Shown here: one piece after another, positions 47,693 through 57,476 of the stretch | How positions within the stretch are numbered: position 1 is the first letter of the stretch | Layout of the letters: each line of letters begins with the position of its first letter | IMG/VR virus record: IMGVR_UViG_3300037010_000365 | Location: 17,962 to 81,961 of that record | Length of the DNA: 64,000 nt | Source: a virus | Strand: one strand, 5' to 3' | The notes under the pieces: model-generated | Database searches by the model: none | What the model saw: the letters and a program-made list of their open reading frames with translations, nothing else | What the model was told of the DNA's origin: nothing | Program-made: the position numbers and the translations under genes

Positions 47693-48054
47693 CATACGAT
47701 GAAAAACTAGAGATTATTAAGTCTCTGGTTTACAACTTTGAAGCAGTGTCTGGACAGTATATTGAACGGAACAACATCACTAAGCGTGGTGTAGCATTAT
47801 TATTTGATGTTGACATAAATTTAGCTCCACCGTTCGATTTTCCAGTGCATCCGTGGGATGATTTAACAGACACATACGATAACGTGATATTTGTACTCAC
47901 CGGTGTGCATAACATTATTAACTATTGGTGTGAAACATCTTTGTTTCCGCATAAACCTGAATCATTTGGGTCAATTAAATTTAAAGACACTGATTATCGA
48001 ATTAAAACAGCAGATGATGTTATGGAATACATAAAAACGCAAATTAAAGAGTGA
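47689..48054 (+). CDS. Hypothetical protein
   Basis: Coupled ORF between the two ligases. Confidence 0.6.
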   Translation: MTYDEKLEIIKSLVYNFEAVSGQYIERNNITKRGVALLFDVDINLAPPFDFPVHPWDDLTDTYDNVIFVLTGVHNIINYWCETSLFPHKPESFGSIKFKDTDYRIKTADDVMEYIKTQIKE

Positions 48055-49172
48055 TAGGTATGAATATTAATGAAATGTCCGTAGCTATGCAGCGCGACGA
48101 GATTCGGGTCAAACATGAAGAAATTAACGGTGAATCATTTAACATTATTTGTTATATGGTAGCTACACGTGATTTATGGGACATACCAGGCGCTATTGAA
48201 TGCCGAGGTATCACATTTAATGACCAGGGTAATTGTGTTTGTCGTACAATGCCAAAGTTCTTCAATCTAAACGAAAATAAATTCACTCAATTAGTTGATT
48301 TGAATTTTGACAACGCAAAATGTTATGAAAAGCTCGATGGCTCAATGGTTACTCCAGTCAAACTAAAAGATGGTTCAATTCGTTTCAAGACAAAGAAAAG
48401 CTTTTATTCAGACGTAGCTCATCAAGCTAATTGTTATTTCAGACAAAACCAGAACTATATTGACTTCTGTAATTATCTAATTGATAACAATATGACTCCA
48501 TCGTTTGAATTTCAATCACCTGACGCTAAAATTGTTGTCGATGTTGCCGAAACGGTTGCAACCTTAATTCTGGTACGACAAATCAATACGGGTGCTGATG
48601 TATCTCTTGAATCGCTCGCATCATTAACTCAACAGTATAACATTCCTGTTGTTTATGGTTCGAAGTTAAACTCAGAACATAATAGTATGCGCATTCAAGA
48701 TTATATTAATCTCAGTCAGACAATCGAAGGCATAGAAGGTTGGGTGTTTGTATTAGCATCAGGTCAACGGGTAAAACTTAAGACTAAGTGGTATCTTGAC
48801 CGTCATCGTCTAACTACGTATCATGAACGTAATATTGTAGATATGATTATTGATGAGTCTCTTGACGATATTATGCCGGTTGTATCATTGCTACCAGGTG
48901 CAACTGAAACAGTAGAAGCTATCGAGCTTAAGATTGCGCATCAGTTTAAAGAGATTGACATTGCCGTATCTGAACTGCTTGATTTAATGAAACTCGAACC
49001 GGATATCAAGAGTACATCTCTCAAATATTCTAAACATACCTACTTCTCAGTTGCCGTTAGGTTATATAATGGTCAAGAAGCTGATGTGCAGATCAAGAAA
49101 TTATGGAAAAAGTTGCACTATCATGAATGGTCAACACGACCGTTATTCTGGGGTTTTGACACAGACGCATAA
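48051..49172 (+). CDS. rnlA: RNA ligase 1 (T4 RnlA family)
   Basis: ECRGI.F, R.MPKFFNLNE, EKLDGSM, FE, EGWV, VKLKT.WY. Confidence 0.9.
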   Translation: MIGMNINEMSVAMQRDEIRVKHEEINGESFNIICYMVATRDLWDIPGAIECRGITFNDQGNCVCRTMPKFFNLNENKFTQLVDLNFDNAKCYEKLDGSMVTPVKLKDGSIRFKTKKSFYSDVAHQANCYFRQNQNYIDFCNYLIDNNMTPSFEFQSPDAKIVVDVAETVATLILVRQINTGADVSLESLASLTQQYNIPVVYGSKLNSEHNSMRIQDYINLSQTIEGIEGWVFVLASGQRVKLKTKWYLDRHRLTTYHERNIVDMIIDESLDDIMPVVSLLPGATETVEAIELKIAHQFKEIDIAVSELLDLMKLEPDIKSTSLKYSKHTYFSVAVRLYNGQEADVQIKKLWKKLHYHEWSTRPLFWGFDTDA

Positions 49173-49262
49173 GCGCTTCATAATATATTAGTAAAATAAG
49201 TTTACTTTTTGGTTTGCTTATATTATAATACTACTATGTTAATTAGAAATAGGATGATAAAG

Positions 49263-49580
49263 ATGAAATCAATACTAGCCAGCTCATTGTTGCTGTTATC
49301 ATTAAACGCTAACGCATATGTTGAGGATACTGCTACATTCTACAATCGTTTATCTGATGCTGATAAGTGGACATTGACCTCAGTTGCATCTAACGTAAAC
49401 GAATTCACAGATATTAAAATGAAGTGGAAAACTATGGATTCACGGAAGTTTGAAATGAATATCTCTGGATTACATAATAATTCAGGTAAAACGTGTAAAC
49501 ATTATCGTTTGTTTTTAGATGGATACCAAGCTATGGGTGAGTTTTGCAAAGATCCTGATGGTACATGGTCGTTTCGATAG
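49263..49580 (+). CDS. Exported protein with a 17-kDa surface-antigen-like Cys pair
   Basis: Signal peptide (ANA|), C...C.DPDGTW; own early promoter. Confidence 0.6.
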   Translation: MKSILASSLLLLSLNANAYVEDTATFYNRLSDADKWTLTSVASNVNEFTDIKMKWKTMDSRKFEMNISGLHNNSGKTCKHYRLFLDGYQAMGEFCKDPDGTWSFR

Positions 49581-49593
49581 AAGGAGTTATAAG

Positions 49594-49776
49594 ATGACAT
49601 TAGATAAAAACGAAATGCAATTAATTATTGCATGTTCAATGGATCATGAGTTAATGCAGCAAACTATGAGAGTTAACAGCAAACTAGCGTGGGCTTCTAT
49701 GGATAGCGAATTAGTTGCCTATTGCGCTGACGCTCTAGCGCACGAAGAGTTAGGATGGGTGGATGCAGCAAACTAA
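49594..49776 (+). CDS. Hypothetical protein
   Basis: AGGAG RBS. Confidence 0.55.
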   Translation: MTLDKNEMQLIIACSMDHELMQQTMRVNSKLAWASMDSELVAYCADALAHEELGWVDAAN

Positions 49777-50275
49777 GTTTATTAGTGACACACATTTCTC
49801 ACACAGGAGTGTATGCTCATGGCGTCCTCAATTTGTTACCGTAGAGTCACACGATAATTATTGTTTAGATATGATTATGTCTAACGTTAATCCTAATGAT
49901 AATCTTTGGATTTTGGGCGATGTGTGTTTTTGTAAAGAGTCTTTCGTAAAGCATGTTTTGCCTATTGCTAACAAGGTTAATCTTTCTATCGTTTTGGGTA
50001 ATCACGATGGCGAGCGACGATACGCTCCTACTATTCTTGATTATATCAATGCTGGTATTAACGTTTACGGTTTAGCGAAATATAAAACAGCAAATGATTC
50101 TTTCATTTTATCTCATTGCCCAGTTCATCCAGCTGAGCTCCGCGGTAATTTAAACCTGCACGGTCACGTTCACAACGTGACGATTAACGACCATCGATAC
50201 ATTAATTGTTGTTGTGAGGTTGTTGATTTTATTCCAAAAACTATTAACGAATTATTGAAAACGAGAGTATTATGA
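49763..50275 (+). CDS. Calcineurin-like metallophosphoesterase
   Basis: SDTHFSH, LGD, GNHD, SH.P, HGHVH. Confidence 0.88.
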   Translation: MQQTKFISDTHFSHRSVCSWRPQFVTVESHDNYCLDMIMSNVNPNDNLWILGDVCFCKESFVKHVLPIANKVNLSIVLGNHDGERRYAPTILDYINAGINVYGLAKYKTANDSFILSHCPVHPAELRGNLNLHGHVHNVTINDHRYINCCCEVVDFIPKTINELLKTRVL

Positions 50276-51231
50276 AGCAAGTAATTTTTACAGTTGGGCC
50301 ATCCGCGTCTGGTAAAACTACATGGTCTAACATTTGGGTTACTCACCGTAATCAAATGAAAAAGCTTGGCATGTCAATCGATTCATGGGTTAATATTAAC
50401 CGTGACGATATTCGAGCTGATGTGTTTAAACAAAAGAAAAACAATGCTAGTTTTAAGTGGTCTGAGTGGAAATGGAAATGGGAAGATGAGGTTACATCAA
50501 TCCAGCGAGAGAAGATTCAACGGGCGATAGCTGATGGTGATTCTGTCGTTATTTCTGATACAAATCTAAATCCAAAATACCTGCATAAAACAATTGAGCT
50601 TTTTACGAATGAAGGTTACGAAGTAATCTATCGTTATTTTACAGATGCTAGCTATAACGAGCTTATTACCCGTGATAATCAACGAGAAAACGGTGTAGGT
50701 TATTCAGTTATCCGTAAGCAGTGGAAAGATCAATTGAATCTTTTATCAGATCAAGGTACACATAAATTTTATACACCTGACTTATCTAAACCAAAAGCAA
50801 TTCTATGTGATATTGACGGTACTATTGCTAAGATGGTTGATAGGGGCCCTTTTGAATGGCATAAGGTTGGCACAGATGAACCTGATTTTATGATGCAGTT
50901 TATCATTTCATCATGGTTATCAGATCCAACCAATAACGTTGTGTTTTTGTCTGGTCGTGATTCTGTATGTCGTAATGAGACAATTGAGTGGATTAAAAAG
51001 CATTTCAATAACGTTGATTTTACAGATGGATCCGGTAACTGTACACTGTATATGCGCCAAGCTGATTCATACATCCCAGATGAGATTGTTAAACCTGATC
51101 TGTTCTGGAATCATGTAGCCCCTTATTATAACATCGTTTCTGTGTTTGACGATCGACCAAAAGTAGTTCGTGCCTGGCATGATATTGGTTTGAAAGTGTG
51201 GGCGACTGGTGATCAATTCATCAATTTTTAA
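50272..51231 (+). CDS. pseT: Polynucleotide 5'-kinase / 3'-phosphatase
   Basis: GPSASGKTT, NRDDIR, SDTNL, CDIDGT, SGR, FDDRP. Confidence 0.95.
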   Translation: MKQVIFTVGPSASGKTTWSNIWVTHRNQMKKLGMSIDSWVNINRDDIRADVFKQKKNNASFKWSEWKWKWEDEVTSIQREKIQRAIADGDSVVISDTNLNPKYLHKTIELFTNEGYEVIYRYFTDASYNELITRDNQRENGVGYSVIRKQWKDQLNLLSDQGTHKFYTPDLSKPKAILCDIDGTIAKMVDRGPFEWHKVGTDEPDFMMQFIISSWLSDPTNNVVFLSGRDSVCRNETIEWIKKHFNNVDFTDGSGNCTLYMRQADSYIPDEIVKPDLFWNHVAPYYNIVSVFDDRPKVVRAWHDIGLKVWATGDQFINF

Positions 51232-51293
51232 AAAACTGTTTACTTTTAGTATAAAGTGGTTTATAATATACATAATGATATAAGGTAAACAAA

Positions 51294-51950
51294 ATGATAC
51301 AACATATTAAAGATAACAATACGCTTCTGCAGCTATTCTTAATTCTGGACAGCATTGCTCAAGATGTATGTTTAGTTGGCGGTAGTGTACGAGATTCTTT
51401 AATTAGTGAATACTATAATATACCAGTAATCATTAAAGATTTTGACATAGTACTAAACGGTGATCTAGATATAATTTATAGCACGCTTGTTAGTAATGGT
51501 TGGAAAGTATCCGAAGCAGGTAAGCAATTTCTGGTGATGATCGCATCAAAGAACGAACAATCATTTGAAATTGCTTTATACAGAAAAGATGGTACTTATA
51601 CAGATGGTCGCCGTCCTGATTCGGTAGACGTTGGTACAATTTATGATGATGCTAATCGCCGAGATTTTACAATCAATGCTTTGTATTATGATATTTTACA
51701 TGGTGTGTATATAGACCCAACTGGTCAAGGTATAGAACATATTAAACAACGTAAACTTCAATTTGTTGGCAGCGCCAAAGCTCGTATTATGGAAGATAAA
51801 CTTAGAATCATGAGAGCTTATCGATTTGCAATAACAAAGGGGTTTTCAATGGATAATAAAACTCATAGCGTTATACGACGGTATTTCGAAGACATGATTA
51901 AAAGCGTGCCATCAGCACGAATTATGCAAGAATTAGATAAAATGCTTTAG
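51294..51950 (+). CDS. Class II tRNA nucleotidyltransferase (CCA-adding / poly(A) polymerase family), compact
   Basis: LVGGSVRD, KDFDI, RRDFTINAL, ED.LRIMRAYRF. Confidence 0.9.
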   Translation: MIQHIKDNNTLLQLFLILDSIAQDVCLVGGSVRDSLISEYYNIPVIIKDFDIVLNGDLDIIYSTLVSNGWKVSEAGKQFLVMIASKNEQSFEIALYRKDGTYTDGRRPDSVDVGTIYDDANRRDFTINALYYDILHGVYIDPTGQGIEHIKQRKLQFVGSAKARIMEDKLRIMRAYRFAITKGFSMDNKTHSVIRRYFEDMIKSVPSARIMQELDKML

Positions 51951-51981
51951 TTTTTCGCTGAAGCTATAAGGAAGATACATT

Positions 51982-52263
51982 ATGAGTTCAATACGTAAAT
52001 TTTTTACAATCGAAGCTTTCGGGTTTACATTTTTATGTGCTTCTATTTTCGTGGTTGTATTTTATACATTAAATCCGCCAATAGCCCCACAGAAATTATG
52101 CATCGTTGGTAATCAAGCAACTCAAACTGATATGCACACATTAACTTGTACCTCTGTCGAGATTGATAAAGTTAGCCGTGGCGTAATTATCAAAGATGAT
52201 ATTAAAAAGACTAAAATGATTTTAGACTTAACAAACACTTATGTTAAAGTAGAGGATTTATAA
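51982..52263 (+). CDS. Membrane-anchored hypothetical protein
   Basis: N-terminal TM helix. Confidence 0.55.
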   Translation: MSSIRKFFTIEAFGFTFLCASIFVVVFYTLNPPIAPQKLCIVGNQATQTDMHTLTCTSVEIDKVSRGVIIKDDIKKTKMILDLTNTYVKVEDL

Positions 52264-52865
52264 TGCACGTTATTATCGATTTTGAGACATTAGGCAAAGC
52301 TACTGATGGTCTAGTTGCATATGTAGCGTACAAGGCATTCGATCCGTTTACTATTCAATCGTTTAGCGAAAATAAAGAAGATATTAAAACATTCAAGTTT
52401 AACTACCATGATGATAGTCAATCTTCTTGGAAAGCAGATCCTGCAGTCATGGATTTTTGGCGAAATCAAGATATTAATATTGTCAGATCTATGTTGGGTA
52501 ACCCTGAAGAAGGCGGTAGTATTTCTGAATTTATTACACAATTTAACGAATTTATGTTTAGTTGCGGATTCAACGCGAAACGAGACGTTATTTGGTCAAG
52601 AGGTAACACGTTTGATATCACTATCTTAGATCGATTATACTCTTCGGTTGGTCAAGAAGCACCATATCCATTCTATCGGGTTAGAGATATCCGAACATTT
52701 TTAGACTCATATAATATTTGCAATAACTTAATTAGCAAAGATACACATTTTGCTGGTAAAATGATTGGTGTTGAATTAGTATACAATGCTCATGATGCTG
52801 TTGATGATATTGCTAAAGATATTACGCAGCTTCAGTTAACTATACAAAATTTAAAAACAAAATAG
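52263..52865 (+). CDS. dexA: DexA-like 3'-5' exonuclease
   Basis: IIDFETLG, FW..Q, WSRGN.FD, RDIRT, HDA.DD. Confidence 0.88.
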   Translation: MHVIIDFETLGKATDGLVAYVAYKAFDPFTIQSFSENKEDIKTFKFNYHDDSQSSWKADPAVMDFWRNQDINIVRSMLGNPEEGGSISEFITQFNEFMFSCGFNAKRDVIWSRGNTFDITILDRLYSSVGQEAPYPFYRVRDIRTFLDSYNICNNLISKDTHFAGKMIGVELVYNAHDAVDDIAKDITQLQLTIQNLKTK

Positions 52866-52925
52866 TTTACATTTACCTATTTCTATTATATAATAGATTA
52901 TATCAAATGAAATAGGTAAATCATC

Positions 52926-53267
52926 ATGACTCGTGAATGCATTATGGGTAATATCGTTGAGATTATTTCAGATAATCTATCTGAGTTAATTGATCCATTA
53001 AACTATAAAGATTACCAATTGGTTAATAAATGCATTATCAGTAGCTATTATGTTAAGCAGTTAAAATTACTCGTCGATCAAAAAGTAATAATCACATCAA
53101 TTCAAACAAATGACTGCTCACATCATTTTACAACAGTAGTCGAAGTATCAATCATGCATACACCAACCATGAATACAGCTAGGCTTCATTTTGAAAATAA
53201 TGAACTAGTTAGCGGTGTTGGTTTATCTAATATTCAGTTTCTAACGCAGTTCAACACATACACATAA
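52926..53267 (+). CDS. Hypothetical early protein
   Basis: Early promoter at 52865. Confidence 0.55.
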   Translation: MTRECIMGNIVEIISDNLSELIDPLNYKDYQLVNKCIISSYYVKQLKLLVDQKVIITSIQTNDCSHHFTTVVEVSIMHTPTMNTARLHFENNELVSGVGLSNIQFLTQFNTYT

Positions 53268-53286
53268 CCTAAACAAGGAGGATTTA

Positions 53287-53685
53287 TTGTCAAAACAAAT
53301 CAAAGTTAGAAGCTTTCTGGTTAATCTCAAATTAGAGGTAAATGAAGGAATTCCAACTGTATATGATGCAGATGGTTTTCAAGTTACACCGGTAGATCTC
53401 AAAATGTCTGAAGGACATATCTATACAACATGGACAAATTCACCGTTCAGCGCAATTGGTTATAACATTTTATCTGTGCAAGACGATTATAATGAAGAAG
53501 ACCCAAAAAGTTCAATCACGTTTACATATGAAGTTGAAATTTTAAAAGAATCAATCAACACTGCTCAGTCAATTCAATACATATCAACTATTGTTTACCC
53601 GACTATTGCTTCATACATTATCAATGCGTTAACAATCGCTAAAGACGTAAATGAAGAAGTTGAATCTAAGTTCACTGTTCAATAA
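53287..53685 (+). CDS. Hypothetical protein
   Basis: AGGAGG RBS, TTG start. Confidence 0.6.
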   Translation: MSKQIKVRSFLVNLKLEVNEGIPTVYDADGFQVTPVDLKMSEGHIYTTWTNSPFSAIGYNILSVQDDYNEEDPKSSITFTYEVEILKESINTAQSIQYISTIVYPTIASYIINALTIAKDVNEEVESKFTVQ

Positions 53686-53718
53686 ATAAGAAACCTATTT
53701 TATGAAAGGAACACAAAA

Positions 53719-55341
53719 ATGAAAACAATTCACGTTAGAAAACGCTCAGGTGAATTAGAGCTTCGCGACGATGATAAAATCAATAAGCTGGTACAGTTTG
53801 CTTGTGAAGGTGTAAATGATGTTTCAGCGTCAATGGTTGTTATTCAATCTAAAGTGAAGTTTTATGATGGTATTCCAACTGATGATATTCACGAAGCATT
53901 AATTAAAACCGCAGCTGATTTAATCACAGTAGCAACCCCAAACTATCAACAAGTTGCGGCTAAGCTAATTTCTTATAAATTACGAAAAATTGCATATCGT
54001 ACTTATACACCGCCTACGTTGTTAGATCATATCAATCGTGTGGTTAGTTTAGGATTCTACGATAAGGCTATTCTAGAACTATACACCGAAGACGAAATTA
54101 ATAAGCTAGATAAGGTTATTAATCACGGGAATGACGATTTGTTTACATACGCGGCTATGAAACAATTTGAAGATAAGTATCTCGTTAGAAATCGTTCAAC
54201 CGGTGAAGTACTAGAAACCCCTCAAATGGCTTACATTCTAGTAGCTATGACTCTATTTTCCATGGAAGACGCTAGTTGCAGAATGGAATTGGTTAAAGAG
54301 TATTATAAAGAAATCTCAACAGGTATCAAGTCAACAATCAGTTTACCTACGCCAATTAGCGCAGGAGTTAGAACACCTACACGCCAATTCAGTTCATGCG
54401 TAGTTTTAAAAGCAGGTGATTCAATTGACTCCTTGAATGCTACAACATCAGCTATTGTGAAGTACGTTTCTAAACGAGCTGGCATTGGCGTTGATTTTTC
54501 AGCTGTACGTCCTAGTGGATCCCCAATTCGTGGGGGTGAAGCAACACATACAGGAGCCATTCCGTTTATTAAGTATATCCAAGGTGGTGTTAAGAGCAGT
54601 TCACAAGGTGCTATTAGAGCAGGCGCTGCTACGCTTTACATACCAGTATGGCATCGTGAAATCGAAGACTTAATTGTTATTAAAAATAACAAAGGCACTG
54701 AAGATAACCGAGCTAGAGGGTTAGACTACGCTATTCAATTAAACGGACACTTCTATAAGAAAGCAATGGCTCGCGAAGAATATTGTCTATTCAATCCTAA
54801 CGAACATCACGACTTATATGAAGCATTCTTTAACGATCAAGATTTGTACAGCACCCTGTACGATAAACTATCGAAGAAGAAAGGTGTTAAGAAAGTAGAT
54901 GCATTCACATTGTTGACTAATATCATCACTGAAAGAGCAAGCACAGGTCGTATCTATATTATGAACGTTGACCATGTGAATAAACAAACTTCACATAAAT
55001 CAACAATTTATAGTTCAAATCTTTGCTTATCTGGTGAAACCATAGTTACCATTAAACAAGACGGTGTTGCTAATCAAGTATCAATGAAAGAATTGGATGA
55101 AATTTTCACAAATCATAAAAATATTATGATTAAGTCGTATGACGAAAATACGGATAGCGTAGTATGGACATTGGTAGAAGCTTCAGCAATGACATCTGTG
55201 TCAGCTAAGGTTGTGAAAGTAACTGATTCGTCAAGCGGCCAATCCATAATTTGTACGCCTGACCATGAAGTTTATACCTCAAACCGTGGATACGTTAAAG
55301 CTGGTAATTTATTAAGCGATGATAAATTAGTTTTATGCTAA
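53719..55341 (+). CDS. nrdA: Class Ia ribonucleotide reductase alpha, N-terminal fragment + N-intein
   Basis: ATP cone VRKRSG, ETPQ, LPTPI..GVRTPTRQFSSC, RAGIG, SSNL then intein. Confidence 0.95.
   Translation: MKTIHVRKRSGELELRDDDKINKLVQFACEGVNDVSASMVVIQSKVKFYDGIPTDDIHEALIKTAADLITVATPNYQQVAAKLISYKLRKIAYRTYTPPTLLDHINRVVSLGFYDKAILELYTEDEINKLDKVINHGNDDLFTYAAMKQFEDKYLVRNRSTGEVLETPQMAYILVAMTLFSMEDASCRMELVKEYYKEISTGIKSTISLPTPISAGVRTPTRQFSSCVVLKAGDSIDSLNATTSAIVKYVSKRAGIGVDFSAVRPSGSPIRGGEATHTGAIPFIKYIQGGVKSSSQGAIRAGAATLYIPVWHREIEDLIVIKNNKGTEDNRARGLDYAIQLNGHFYKKAMAREEYCLFNPNEHHDLYEAFFNDQDLYSTLYDKLSKKKGVKKVDAFTLLTNIITERASTGRIYIMNVDHVNKQTSHKSTIYSSNLCLSGETIVTIKQDGVANQVSMKELDEIFTNHKNIMIKSYDENTDSVVWTLVEASAMTSVSAKVVKVTDSSSGQSIICTPDHEVYTSNRGYVKAGNLLSDDKLVLC
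55024..55341 (+). mobile_element. Split intein N-part (105 aa) in nrdA
   Basis: SSNL|CLSGET..., block B ICTPDH. Confidence 0.9.
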
Positions 55342-55347
55342 GAGATT

Positions 55348-55383
55348 ACTCCGCTCATTAAATACTATTTTAATGAGCGGAGT
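55348..55383 (+). promoter_or_regulatory. Hairpin occluding the RBS of the HNH gene
   Basis: ACTCCGCTCATTAAA-TACTAT-TTTAATGAGCGGAGT with GGAG in the 3' arm, ending 9 nt before the ATG. Confidence 0.7.
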
Positions 55384-55392
55384 CCTCTATCA

Positions 55393-56352
55393 ATGAACTA
55401 TGAAAGACTGTATAATATTTTTATTGATTATTGTAGAGTCACACCGCCGACACAGCGGATTGAGCGTAGAAATAAACATGATGAGAGATTATTTCAAGAT
55501 CATTTATACCTTGAAAAGCATCATATTATACCTAGACATAACGGTGGAAGAGATACAGATGAAAACCTTGTGGTATTACTACCAGAAGAACATTATCTCG
55601 CGCATTTGATAAGGTTTAAAGCTTACAACGATAGAAATGATTTTTTAGCAATTAGATTCATGGTTAATGGATATAACAATAGCGAAAGAAAGTTGCTAAT
55701 ACCTAAAAAGGTAACATCAAAAATTATAGGTAGATTTAAACAAAAGATTTATTATTTTAGGAAGAAAAACACATGGCATACTGATGATGGTATACAACGT
55801 ATATCTAGAGCTAGGACTGGAAAGGTATCAGTAGTTGATTCAATAACAAAAGAAGTAATTGGTTCAATAGATAGAAATCATCCTAATATCATTTCTGGAA
55901 AATGGGTACACCATACTAAAGGTATGCTTAGTGCAATTTCGATAGAAACAGGTAAAACTGTTAGACTCACGACATCAGAGTACAGAAATAATAAAGAGTT
56001 GTATAAACCATTGCTGGATACTAGCGGCGAAGCCAATCAGAATTTTTCTGGGTTTAGCGATGATGATCTTATTAATTTATATTATGAATTTTGTGGTAAA
56101 CTAATTTCGCTAGGGTCATCAATTATTCCATCGTACTCAACGTCAATACGCTATCATAGATCAATTGGGGTTTATGTGCCTATTACTTATACTAAATTTA
56201 GGTTTAACGGTAATTATGACCAATGCGTTCGTGATATGCATGACGAAATGTCTAAAAAATATAAGCTTCCACTTATGAAAATTAGGAGTAATAAAGACAT
56301 AAAATATATAAATGATTTAATCAGGAGATTAAAATTAAATGATAACAATTGA
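55393..56352 (+). CDS. HNH homing endonuclease (MobE-like) inserted between the intein halves
   Basis: MNYERLY, EKHHIIPR..GG.D..ENLV.L.PEEHYLAH. Confidence 0.88.
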   Translation: MNYERLYNIFIDYCRVTPPTQRIERRNKHDERLFQDHLYLEKHHIIPRHNGGRDTDENLVVLLPEEHYLAHLIRFKAYNDRNDFLAIRFMVNGYNNSERKLLIPKKVTSKIIGRFKQKIYYFRKKNTWHTDDGIQRISRARTGKVSVVDSITKEVIGSIDRNHPNIISGKWVHHTKGMLSAISIETGKTVRLTTSEYRNNKELYKPLLDTSGEANQNFSGFSDDDLINLYYEFCGKLISLGSSIIPSYSTSIRYHRSIGVYVPITYTKFRFNGNYDQCVRDMHDEMSKKYKLPLMKIRSNKDIKYINDLIRRLKLNDNN

Positions 56353-56437
56353 ATATTTAGATTATGAGATACCAGTATATGATATTACTGTAGCAGATAC
56401 TCATAATTTTTTCGCTAATGGTATTTTAGTGCATAAC
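56339..56437 (+). mobile_element. Split intein C-part (33 aa) in nrdA
   Basis: VYDITVADTHNFFANGILVHN|C. Confidence 0.92.
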
Positions 56438-57454
56438 TGCCTAGAAATTGCCGCTCCTACAGCTGACCTAACTGAGTTTAGTAATTTACGTACTGAAGTT
56501 GCAAAAGATACCGGTTTATATTCAGATGACATGCCAATGGAACAGTTTAGAACTCGTTTTGGCGAGATTAATCTTTGTACGTTATCTGCTATTAATTGGG
56601 GTAATATTAAGAAGCCAGGGGACTTTGAACGAGTTTGTCATCTAGCACTCAGAGCGTTGGATAACTTAATTACATACCAAGATTATCCGATGATTGCAGC
56701 CCACGTACCTGCCATTAATCGACGTAACCTTGGTGTGGGTATTATCAACTTAGCGCACTTCTTAGCAACTCATAACGTTAAGTACGGTGAAGAAAAGGCA
56801 TTAGAGTTGGTTGATACATACGCTGAAGCAATGTATTACTATCTGATGAAAGCCAACGTACAATTAGCTAAAGAACGGGGACCTTGCGGCTGGTATAAAG
56901 ACACTCATTACTCAGACGGTGTGTTTATACATGAATTACGAAATGCTAATGTTGACTCTCTAATTCCACATAATCCAAAAATGGATTGGGAATCTCTTAG
57001 AGCTGATATGATTAAATATGGTGTACGTAATTCACAAGTAGTAGCATTGATGCCTTCAGAGACATCAGCAGTTATTTCAAACGCTACTAATGGCATTGAA
57101 CCTCCACGGAAAATCATTACAGTAAAAACGTCAAAAGACTCTGTAATGAAACAATTGGTACCTAAACCTAAACTAAAATATGACTTATTATGGGATCAAC
57201 CAACCCCAGCAGGTTATATTAAAACGGTTGCTGTGTTACAAAAATACAATGATCAATCAATCTCGGCAAATACGTCTTATAACCCTGATAATTTCAACGG
57301 TCCTATTCCAATGACTCAACTTCTTCAGGATATTTTGATGTGTTATAAGTTTGGGGTAAAAACAGCTTACTATCATAATACAATGGTAGAAATGACTGAT
57401 GATATTACAGAAACAAAATCTGAAGAATCAGATTGTGAATCTTGCAAAATTTAA
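56339..57454 (+). CDS. nrdA: C-intein + ribonucleotide reductase alpha, C-terminal fragment
   Basis: HN|CLEI catalytic Cys, LCTLSAIN, MPSETS..ISNATNGIEP, DQSISAN, KTAYY, C-terminal CESC. Confidence 0.95.
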   Translation: MITIEYLDYEIPVYDITVADTHNFFANGILVHNCLEIAAPTADLTEFSNLRTEVAKDTGLYSDDMPMEQFRTRFGEINLCTLSAINWGNIKKPGDFERVCHLALRALDNLITYQDYPMIAAHVPAINRRNLGVGIINLAHFLATHNVKYGEEKALELVDTYAEAMYYYLMKANVQLAKERGPCGWYKDTHYSDGVFIHELRNANVDSLIPHNPKMDWESLRADMIKYGVRNSQVVALMPSETSAVISNATNGIEPPRKIITVKTSKDSVMKQLVPKPKLKYDLLWDQPTPAGYIKTVAVLQKYNDQSISANTSYNPDNFNGPIPMTQLLQDILMCYKFGVKTAYYHNTMVEMTDDITETKSEESDCESCKI

Positions 57455-57476
57455 ATTAAAATAAGGAAATCTTAAA

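Noticed and set aside
55342-56338. Group I intron in nrdA
   Set aside because: No room for a ribozyme core; intein motifs on both sides explain the break
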